NCBI GenBank assembly: GCA_963703225.1
Contig: OY969801.1
Location: 1,088,001 to 1,152,000 of the forward strand
Source: Candidatus Eiseniibacteriota bacterium
GTDB taxonomy: Bacteria; Eisenbacteria; RBG-16-71-46; SZUA-252
Length of the DNA: 64,000 nt
Direction of reading: 5' to 3'
Shown here piece after piece: positions 56,526-64,000 of this stretch. Made by a program: the position numbers and the translations under genes. Each line of letters starts with the position of its first letter. The stretch's first letter is position 1. Under the pieces are notes generated by a model. It searched no databases and was not told the origin of the DNA. It saw nothing but the letters and a program-made list of their open reading frames with translations.

Positions 56526-58118
56526 GTGTCGTCTGTTCCCGGTGCGAAAGTGTTTTTCGTTCTCAGCGCGCTCGCTATCCTGGTTGCGGCGAATCCCGCG
56601 GGCGCGCAGCCAGCCGCCCTTACGGCGCCGAGCAATCCCGACAGCGCGCTCTCGGTGGCGCTCGACGCGATTGAAGGGTCTCCGATCACCCTGAACGAGG
56701 CGATTCAGGCCGCGTTGAATGGGGGATCGACCGTGGCCCAGAGCGCCGCGGCCGCGTTCGCCGCGGCCCAAGGCACCCACCGCCGCGAGGTGGGCGCGTT
56801 CGACCCCGAGCTCTTTTTCACGGGCACCAAGTTGAAGGAAGATCAACCGACCGCCTCTCCGTTCGCCGGCGCCAACCCGCTCCAGACCGAGACCACGGTC
56901 GGCATCGGGGGAGCGCGAATTTTGCTTCCGTTCGGCACCGACATTTCAGCGACCCTCAATGGCTCGCGGTTCGAGACCAACTCGGCCTTCGCCACGGTGA
57001 ATCCGCAGTACGACGCGAACGGACGGATCGCGGTTCGCCAGCCATTGTTGAAGGGGCTGGGTCCCGGAACCGGGAGCGAGGCGAAGGCGACCAAACGAGA
57101 GTCCGAAGCCGCCAAGGCGCGCTACGACGACGTGGTCCTCGGCGTGCAGGCGATCGTGGAGCAGACCTATTGGGATCTCTACGCCGCCGAGCGGGATCTC
57201 GCCGTGATCCGGCTGATCCGCGATCAGGCGACGGCGCTCACGACGCAGGCGGAGCTTCGGGCGCGCTCGGGCCTGGTCGGCCCCAACGACGTCGCCAACG
57301 CGCGGGTCTTCCTCGCCGAGCAGGAGCAGTCGGTGCTCGACCGGGAAGAGGACCTCGACAAGATCTCCGACCGTCTCGCCAGCTTGATCGGCCGCCGGCC
57401 GCCGGGCGGCGCTCCGCGCTACCGTCCGACCGACGATCCGCCTGCCCAGTTTCCGATCGAGCCCGAGGACTCCGTGGTCGCCCGCGCGCTCCGCGACAAC
57501 CGCGCGATCCACGCGAGGGAGCGGGATCTGGCCGCGGCGCGCGCCCGCGTCCAAGGCGCGGCCTGGAATCGGCTCCCCCAGCTCGACTTCATTGGCACGC
57601 TCGGTGGGCGGGGGCTCTCGGGGACCGACACGATCCCGACGAACACCGACGGGAACTTCAGCGACGCGGCGTCCCAGGTCACCGGTCGCGATTTTCCGAC
57701 CTGGAGCGCCGGACTTCAGGTCTCGATCCCGATCTTCCTCCGCGAGGGGAGGGGCGAGTACGATCGTCTCCGCGGAGAGGCGGACCAGGCGGAGCAAGAT
57801 CTGGCGACGGCCCGCCTCGCGCTGGCGGACGACGTGCGGTCGGCCTACCGGGCGTTGGTCCGCGCGAGCAAGCGCTTCGAGGCCGCCCAAAACGGGGCCG
57901 ACGCGTCGCGCGACCAGGTGCGGATCGGCGTGCTCCAGTACAACAGCGGAAGGACCACCGCGTTCGAGCTGGTGCGCCTGGGGGCCGACCTGGCCACCGC
58001 CCAGCAGAGGTATTCGCAGGCTCTCGTCCGCACGGCCAAGGCCGAGTCGGCGCTGCGATTCCTCACATCGAGCGGCTACGCCGCCAGCACAACCAACGGA
58101 GGGGGCACCAAGCCATGA
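56526..58118 (+). CDS. TolC family outer-membrane efflux protein
   Basis: Signal peptide, QPLLKG, YWDLY, LPQLD; first gene of the RND operon. Confidence 0.85.
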   Translation: MSSVPGAKVFFVLSALAILVAANPAGAQPAALTAPSNPDSALSVALDAIEGSPITLNEAIQAALNGGSTVAQSAAAAFAAAQGTHRREVGAFDPELFFTGTKLKEDQPTASPFAGANPLQTETTVGIGGARILLPFGTDISATLNGSRFETNSAFATVNPQYDANGRIAVRQPLLKGLGPGTGSEAKATKRESEAAKARYDDVVLGVQAIVEQTYWDLYAAERDLAVIRLIRDQATALTTQAELRARSGLVGPNDVANARVFLAEQEQSVLDREEDLDKISDRLASLIGRRPPGGAPRYRPTDDPPAQFPIEPEDSVVARALRDNRAIHARERDLAAARARVQGAAWNRLPQLDFIGTLGGRGLSGTDTIPTNTDGNFSDAASQVTGRDFPTWSAGLQVSIPIFLREGRGEYDRLRGEADQAEQDLATARLALADDVRSAYRALVRASKRFEAAQNGADASRDQVRIGVLQYNSGRTTAFELVRLGADLATAQQRYSQALVRTAKAESALRFLTSSGYAASTTNGGGTKP

Positions 58119-59299
58119 CCTCGTTCCTACCGCGGGCGGGCGCGATGCGCCCCACCCTCGCCGCTCTCTTCGCTCTCACCGTCGCGGGGTGCGCCGGGAA
58201 AGGGCCGGGAGGGTTTTCCATGCCTCCGATGCCGGTCGAGACGTCGGTCGTCTCCCGGGAAAGAGTCTTCGATCGGTTTGACGCGGTGGGCAGCGTCGAG
58301 GCCGCGGATGCGATCACGGTCGTCTCCGAGATCGACGCCGCTGTCGTGAGCCTGCCGTTCCGCGAGGGGCAGCCGGTGGCCAAGGGGACGGTGCTCGCGC
58401 AGCTCGACGACGCGATGCTCAGAGCCGAGGTCGACCGCACGTCGGCGATCCGGGACCAGGCGCAGTCCACCTACGACCGGGTCAAGACGGTCGTGGAGGA
58501 GAAGGCCGGCTCGGCGCAGGATCTCGACGACGCGGCCGCGGCGCTCAAGGTGGCCGAGGCCAATCTCGCGTTGGCCCAGACCCACCTCTCCAAGTCCCGG
58601 ATCGTGGCGGCCTTTGACGGGATGGTCGGCTCGAAGCGGGTGAGCCCCGGCGCTTACTTGAGGACCGGTGACGTCATCACCGAGCTGACACGCATCTCGG
58701 AGCTCAAGATCACATTCTCGGCGCCGGAGCGGTATCTCTCCAAGCTCCACCCCGGCGCGAAGGTCACGGTCTCCACGACCGCCTATCCCGGCTACACGCT
58801 CGAGGGAAGAATCGACGTCATCGATCCAGCGCTCGATCCCGCGACCCGAAGCGCTCAGGTCATCGCGCGAGTGCCCAACCCCGGCGGCAAGTTCCGCCCC
58901 GGCATGTCGGCGGACATCTCCGCGGTCCTGAGCGAGAGGATGAACGCGCTGACGGTCCCCAACGAAGCGGTCTTCGCGGAGGGCAACCAGACCTTCGTCT
59001 ACGTGGTGGGGGCCGATAGCACGGTGTCGCGCACCGCGGTCACGCTGGGCACGAGGCTTTCGGACGTGGTCGAGGTCGTGCAGGGCCTGGAACCGGGCGA
59101 CCGCATCGTTCGGGCCGGGCATCAGAAGCTGTTCGATAAGGCGAAGGTGTTCCCGACCGAGTCGGGCGGCGGGGCCGGCGCGGCCGCCGGCGGCGCCGCG
59201 GCGGCGGGCGCAGGCGCTTCGGCGGGAGCCGAGAAGAAGGGCGCGCCGAGCCCGGAGAAGAAAGCGGCGTCGGGAAGCGAGAAGAAGGACGCCCCATGA
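58115..59299 (+). CDS. RND efflux periplasmic adaptor (membrane fusion protein)
   Basis: Lipobox VAGC, EGQPVAKGTVLAQLD, IDPALDPATRS, FRPGMSA. Confidence 0.9.
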   Translation: MTSFLPRAGAMRPTLAALFALTVAGCAGKGPGGFSMPPMPVETSVVSRERVFDRFDAVGSVEAADAITVVSEIDAAVVSLPFREGQPVAKGTVLAQLDDAMLRAEVDRTSAIRDQAQSTYDRVKTVVEEKAGSAQDLDDAAAALKVAEANLALAQTHLSKSRIVAAFDGMVGSKRVSPGAYLRTGDVITELTRISELKITFSAPERYLSKLHPGAKVTVSTTAYPGYTLEGRIDVIDPALDPATRSAQVIARVPNPGGKFRPGMSADISAVLSERMNALTVPNEAVFAEGNQTFVYVVGADSTVSRTAVTLGTRLSDVVEVVQGLEPGDRIVRAGHQKLFDKAKVFPTESGGGAGAAAGGAAAAGAGASAGAEKKGAPSPEKKAASGSEKKDAP

Positions 59300-62200
59300 A
59301 GCTGAGCGAACTCTCCATCCAGCGCCCCGTCTTCGCGACGGTCGTGAGCATCGCGATCATCCTATTCGGCGTGATCGCGTTCTCGAGGCTGCCCGTGCGC
59401 GAGTACCCGGACATCGATCCGCCGATCGTCTCGGTGACCACGTTCTACCGGGGCGCGAGCCCGAGCGTGATCGAGACCGAGATCACCGACGTGCTCGAGG
59501 AGCAGTTCGCCACGCTCGAGGCGGTCAAGACGATCGATTCTTCGAGCCGGGAGCAGGGCTCCGTCATCACGATCGAGTTCGAGCTGTCGCGGGACGTGGA
59601 GCAGGCCGCGAACGACGTGCGGGACCGGGTGGCGCGCGTGCGCGGCGTCCTCCCCCGCGAAGCGGACGACCCGATCGTCGCCAAGGTGGACGTCAACGCC
59701 CAGCCGATCTTCTGGATCGCGCTCTCGAGCGATCGCCATAACGGCCTCGAGCTGAGCGAAGTCGCCGACGTCGTGCTCAAGGAGCGCCTCCAGCGTCTGC
59801 CCGGAGTGGGCGGGGTCTTCATCGGGGGCGAGCGGCGCTACGCGATGCGGGTCTGGCTGGACGCGCAGCGCATGGCGGGCCGCGGCGTGACGACCCAGGA
59901 CGTGGAGCGCGCCGTGAGCTCCGAGAACGCGGAGATTCCCGGCGGACGCGTCGAGGGACGGGAGCGCGAATTCGCGGTCCGCACGCGCGGTGAGCTGGTC
60001 ACGCCGGAAGAGTTCGCCGCCATTGTCATCGCGCAGCACGGAAACGACCTCGTGCGTCTCGGCGACGTGGCCGAGGTCGAAGTGGGGCCCGAGGACGAGC
60101 GGACCGCGGCTCGCTGGAACGGGCAGCAGGCGGTGGGCCTCGGCGTCGTGAAGCAGAAGAACGCGAGCACGCTCGAGGTGGCCGAGGTGGTGCGGAAGGC
60201 GATTCCGGAGCTCCAGAAGCTCCTGCCGGCCGGCATGAAGCTCGACGTCGCGTACGACTCGTCGACCTTCATCCAGGATTCGATCACCGAGGTCTCGCAC
60301 ACCATCGTCATCGCGATGTGTCTCGTGGTGCTGGTGATTCTGGTTTTCCTGAAGAGCTTCCGGGCGACCTTCATTCCGGCCGTCGCGATCCCGGTCTCCA
60401 TCGTGGGCGCCCTCGCGGTCGCCTACCTCCTCGGCTTCACGATCAACATCCTCACGCTGCTCGCGCTGGTCCTCGCGATCGGGCTGGTGGTCGACGACGC
60501 CATTGTCATGCTCGAAAACGTCTACCGACACATGGAGCTGGGGAAGCCGCGCCTTCGAGCCGCGTTCGACGGGGCCAAGGAAATCGGATTCGCCATTCTC
60601 GCGACCACCATCTCGCTGGTCGCGGTCTTCATTCCGGTGGCGTTTCTCCAGGGCACGGTCGGACGCCTCTTCAACGAGTTCGGGCTCACCGTGGCGGTGG
60701 CGGTTCTGATCTCGGGATTCGTCGCCCTGACGCTCACCCCGATGCTCTGCTCCCGGTTCCTCCAGCCGCTCCACGGGGGGAAGGACTCATGGGCATCGCG
60801 GTCGTTTGACCAATTCTTCGCCTGGCTCAATTCCTTTTACGATCGGCTCCTGCGCGGCGCGATGCGGAGCTCCTGGCGCGTGCTGACCGTCGCCGGGGTT
60901 TTGGTCGTGGTGGCCGCCGTGATGTTCCAGTTCATGCGCCGGGAGCTGGTCCCGACGGAGGATCGCGGCGTCGGCTTTGGCATCGTGATCGCGCCGGAGG
61001 GCTCCACGCTGGAATACACCGACCGCTATATGCGGCAAGTGGAGGCGATCCTCATGCCGCTCCCCGAGCGGCGCGGGCTGTTCACGGCGACCGGTCTGGG
61101 ATTCGGCGGCCCGGGGCGCGTCACCAATGGGTTCCTCTTCCTCAATCTCAAGCCCCACGGCGAGCGGCACCGTTCGGCGCAACAGATCGTCCAGCAGCTC
61201 TTCCCGCAGCTCATGGGAATCCCCGGGGTGCTCGCGTTCGTCATCAACCCGCCCAGCCTGGGCGGCGGGTTCTCCTCGTCGCCCGTCGAGTACGTGCTCC
61301 AGGCGCAGGACTATGAGACGCTCGGCCAGTCGGTGGGAATCTTGATGGGCGAGGCCCAGAAGCTGGGCTATCTGGTCAATCTCGATACCGACCTGAGGCT
61401 CAACAAGCCCCAGCTCGACATCTCGATCGATCGCGACCGCGCGTCGCAGCTCGGCGTCTCGGTGACCGACATCGGCGGCACGCTCGAGACGTTCCTGGGC
61501 GGGAAGGTGATCTCCGATTTCAAGCGGGGAACCAAGCAGTACGACGTCATCGCCCAGCTCCGGCCGACCGCGCGGGCCACGCCCGACGCGATTCAGGAGA
61601 TCTATCTCCGCGGGAAAGGCGGGCTGGTTCAGCTGGCCAACGTCGTGCAGGTCCGGGAGACCGTGGCGCCCAAGGAGTTGAATCACTACAACCGGCAGCG
61701 CTCCGCGACGATCACGGCCAACCTCGTTCCCGGCGTGAGCCTGGGCAAGGCCCTCGACGACCTCGACCACATCACGAGCACCAAGCTCCCCGCGGGGGTG
61801 AAGCGGGAGCTGGGCGGGCAGTCGAAGGAGTTCCGCGAGTCGAGCAACAGCCTCTACCTGCTCTTCCTCCTCGCCGTGGTGTTCATCTACCTGGTGCTCG
61901 CGGCCCAGTTCGAGAGCTTCATCCATCCGCTCACGATTCTGCTCTCGGTGCCCCTGGCCGTCGTCGGGGCGCTCATATCGCTCTTTGTCTTTGGGCAGAG
62001 CATGAACATCTTCTCCCAGATCGGGCTGATCATGCTCATCGGGCTCGTCACCAAGAACTCGATTCTGATCGTGGAGTACGCCAATCAGCTCCGGGCCCGC
62101 GGCCTCGAGACCATGGAGGCGGTCGTGGAGGCTTCCAAGATTCGTCTCCGGCCGATTCTGATGACCTCGTTCGCGACGATCTTCGGCGTGCTGCCGATCG

Positions 62201-62466
62201 CGATCGGCCTGGGAGCCGGCGCCGAATCGCGCCGTCCGCTCGGCATCGCCGTGGTCGGAGGGCTTCTCTTCTCGACCTTCTTGACGCTCCTTCTGGTCCC
62301 GGTTGTCTACCGGATCCTCGCGAGATTCACGCACGTGGAAGCGGTCCCGGCCGAAGCCGCGGCGCAGCCGGCTCCGGGCGCGCCCGGCCCCGACGGCCAC
62401 CCCACGCCGGCACTGCCCGTGGGCGAGCCGGCCGGCGCGTGGGCATCGAGCCGAACGAAGCGCTGA
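59296..62466 (+). CDS. RND efflux permease (AcrB family)
   Basis: LPVREYPDID, GLVVDDAIV, GLVTKNSILIVE, RLRPILMT. Confidence 0.95.
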   Translation: MKLSELSIQRPVFATVVSIAIILFGVIAFSRLPVREYPDIDPPIVSVTTFYRGASPSVIETEITDVLEEQFATLEAVKTIDSSSREQGSVITIEFELSRDVEQAANDVRDRVARVRGVLPREADDPIVAKVDVNAQPIFWIALSSDRHNGLELSEVADVVLKERLQRLPGVGGVFIGGERRYAMRVWLDAQRMAGRGVTTQDVERAVSSENAEIPGGRVEGREREFAVRTRGELVTPEEFAAIVIAQHGNDLVRLGDVAEVEVGPEDERTAARWNGQQAVGLGVVKQKNASTLEVAEVVRKAIPELQKLLPAGMKLDVAYDSSTFIQDSITEVSHTIVIAMCLVVLVILVFLKSFRATFIPAVAIPVSIVGALAVAYLLGFTINILTLLALVLAIGLVVDDAIVMLENVYRHMELGKPRLRAAFDGAKEIGFAILATTISLVAVFIPVAFLQGTVGRLFNEFGLTVAVAVLISGFVALTLTPMLCSRFLQPLHGGKDSWASRSFDQFFAWLNSFYDRLLRGAMRSSWRVLTVAGVLVVVAAVMFQFMRRELVPTEDRGVGFGIVIAPEGSTLEYTDRYMRQVEAILMPLPERRGLFTATGLGFGGPGRVTNGFLFLNLKPHGERHRSAQQIVQQLFPQLMGIPGVLAFVINPPSLGGGFSSSPVEYVLQAQDYETLGQSVGILMGEAQKLGYLVNLDTDLRLNKPQLDISIDRDRASQLGVSVTDIGGTLETFLGGKVISDFKRGTKQYDVIAQLRPTARATPDAIQEIYLRGKGGLVQLANVVQVRETVAPKELNHYNRQRSATITANLVPGVSLGKALDDLDHITSTKLPAGVKRELGGQSKEFRESSNSLYLLFLLAVVFIYLVLAAQFESFIHPLTILLSVPLAVVGALISLFVFGQSMNIFSQIGLIMLIGLVTKNSILIVEYANQLRARGLETMEAVVEASKIRLRPILMTSFATIFGVLPIAIGLGAGAESRRPLGIAVVGGLLFSTFLTLLLVPVVYRILARFTHVEAVPAEAAAQPAPGAPGPDGHPTPALPVGEPAGAWASSRTKR

Positions 62467-62555
62467 AGCCAGGGTCCCGAAAGTCCCTTGCGGGACCGCC
62501 GCTTCTGGGGCAAGATACGCGGCCGTAACCGACCCACGCAGACCCGGGAGATGGG

Positions 62556-63332
62556 ATGGCCACCGCGCTAGAGCATCACTCGCACGATCCGGTCCCGAGC
62601 CGCTGGCCGATTATCGCCGCGTTCGGCATCGGCCTGATTCCGATCGGGCTGGTCGCCAATGCCCACGGATGGAAGGGCGGGTTGGCGATCTTGGCCGTCG
62701 GTCTCGCGATCGGCCTGAGCTCGGCGGGGCGCTGGTGGGGCGAGCTCCTCCGCGACAAATTCTTCGGTCGGGACGCCGTCGAGGCCGATTCTCGGCTCAA
62801 ACGGGCATTCGCGTTCTTCATCGCCTCCGAAGCAGCCATCTTCGCCGCGTTCTTTGCGGCGCTCTTCTACGCGAGGGTCCACGCCAAGGTCTGGCCTCCC
62901 GCGGGGATGCCGCACTTCGAGATCCTCCTTCCCGCGGTGAACACGATCATCCTCCTGAGCAGCAGCGTGACGCTCCACTTGGCCCACCTCGCGCTCGAGC
63001 GAAACCGCAAGGACGGCGTCATCGCCGGTCTCTTGATGACCATATTCCTCGGCGCGCTCTTCCTCTGCGGCCAGGCTTACGAGTACGGATTTCTGAACGG
63101 CTCCGCCTTCAACGTGCGGAGCGGGATCTTCGGGACCACCTTCTTCATGCTGACCGGGTTCCACGGCCTCCACGTGCTGGTCGGAATCATCTTCCTGAAC
63201 GTCGTCTATGGGGCCGCCATCCGAAATCGCTTCACCCCCGAGCAGCACTTTCCGTTCCTCGCGGCCTCCTGGTATTGGCACTTTGTCGACATCGTATGGG
63301 TATGCGTCTTCACCATCGTCTACCTGCTCTAG
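62556..63332 (+). CDS. ctaE: Heme-copper oxidase subunit III
   Basis: FIASE, NTIILLSSS, TGFHGLHV, WYWHFVDIVW. Confidence 0.9.
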   Translation: MATALEHHSHDPVPSRWPIIAAFGIGLIPIGLVANAHGWKGGLAILAVGLAIGLSSAGRWWGELLRDKFFGRDAVEADSRLKRAFAFFIASEAAIFAAFFAALFYARVHAKVWPPAGMPHFEILLPAVNTIILLSSSVTLHLAHLALERNRKDGVIAGLLMTIFLGALFLCGQAYEYGFLNGSAFNVRSGIFGTTFFMLTGFHGLHVLVGIIFLNVVYGAAIRNRFTPEQHFPFLAASWYWHFVDIVWVCVFTIVYLL

Positions 63333-63754
63333 CGCTCGCCGCCTCCCTCGCCCTCTCGCTGGCGTCATGCCAGACGCTGAGCGGATCCAAGGGGTCGCCG
63401 GAGGACTTCGTGCGGCTGAAAGACGAGCTGAGCGCCGATCGCGGGCGGTTGGGCATGGCCCTCTCCGACAACGCGCTCGATCGGGTGCCCGACATCATGA
63501 AGTCGCTGACGGGACGCTTCGACGAGATCTGGTCGAAATCCTCCGCGATGAACCTTCTGGATCGGGAACACCTTGCCATCCAGCTCGCCTCCGCGCGGAA
63601 GCAGGTCACGTCCATCAATCAGTGGGCCTCCTCGAACGACGCGGACGCCGTGCGGTCCGAAGTGGAGAAGCTGGACGGAATCCTGAGCGAGGTCGACACA
63701 CTCCTCGATCACACCATCCGCGCCACCTCGGCCGATCAACCCTCCGGCTCCTAG
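63302..63754 (+). CDS. Hypothetical lipoprotein
   Basis: Lipobox LASC, helical mature region; overlaps end of ctaE. Confidence 0.6.
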   Translation: MRLHHRLPALALAASLALSLASCQTLSGSKGSPEDFVRLKDELSADRGRLGMALSDNALDRVPDIMKSLTGRFDEIWSKSSAMNLLDREHLAIQLASARKQVTSINQWASSNDADAVRSEVEKLDGILSEVDTLLDHTIRATSADQPSGS

Positions 63755-63764
63755 GGAGCCACCC

Positions 63765-64000
63765 ATGCCCTCCGAGGACCCCGTCGACGCGCTGATCGAC
63801 GAGGGAGACGACGCCCTCGAAGAAGGCGACGCGACCCGCGCGCTCGAGCGGTTCGAACGGGCCCTGGCCGCCGATCCGGAGCACTGGGGCGCCGCGCTCG
63901 GGCGGATCGAGAGCCTCCATCTTCTCTGGCGCACCGACGAGGCGCTGAAGGCCGTCCGCGGTCTTCTGCCCGCGGAAGCCGAGGAGGACGATCCGGAGCG
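63765..64000 (+). CDS. TPR-like protein (3'-partial)
   Basis: MPSEDPVDALIDEGDDALEEGDATRALERFERALAADP; GGAG RBS; runs off the window. Confidence 0.65.
   Translation, partial: MPSEDPVDALIDEGDDALEEGDATRALERFERALAADPEHWGAALGRIESLHLLWRTDEALKAVRGLLPAEAEEDDPE

Noticed and set aside
26762..62400. Many long antisense or overlapping ORFs (e.g. 26762-28303, 33072-34679, 43281-45179, 52851-54506, 57170 extension, 60787-62400)
   Set aside because: Shadow ORFs typical of high-GC DNA; they overlap well-supported genes and have Arg/Gly/Pro-rich, motif-free translations.

Overview
GC-rich bacterial chromosomal segment from a diderm: it has TolC/RND genes, lipoproteins, many Hanks-type kinases and a PNP...DVRGR C-terminal sorting-type domain. 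The lineage cannot be fixed from the sequence. The window has two parts. (1) Positions 1-20978 hold a tandem array of small (about 2-3.8 kb) gene cassettes, none with an integrase, ending at an intact tRNA-Lys(TTT) at 20906-20978. Each junction has an extended -10 promoter motif plus the first 38 nt of tRNA-Lys, ending at the 7-nt anticodon loop (1352, 5108, 7072, 10686, 14104). In four junctions this is followed by a conserved ~160-bp arm: a hairpin with an IHF-like motif at +66/67, phased GG(G)A repeats, and tandem direct repeats at +143/144. A further junction at ~17235 is partly lost next to an IS3-family element. Cargo includes lipoproteins, a BNR propeller protein, an arsenic operon, a kinase-ATPase-TPR protein, a TolB-like protein, an amidase and an S8 protease. 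This resembles an integron-like cassette system anchored on a tRNA gene and is the main discovery candidate. (2) Positions 21000-64000 are mostly ordinary genes: kinase, bshB1-like, ychF, rarA, MFS, gcdH, tRNA-Glu, desaturase, S41/S8/M16 peptidases, ferritin, cold-shock protein, glpD-glpK, HtrA-like protease, a tripartite RND pump and cytochrome oxidase subunit III. This part also has three apparent non-canonical start codons and an unannotated 25-aa peptide ORF. Four single-base frameshifts may be sequencing errors.
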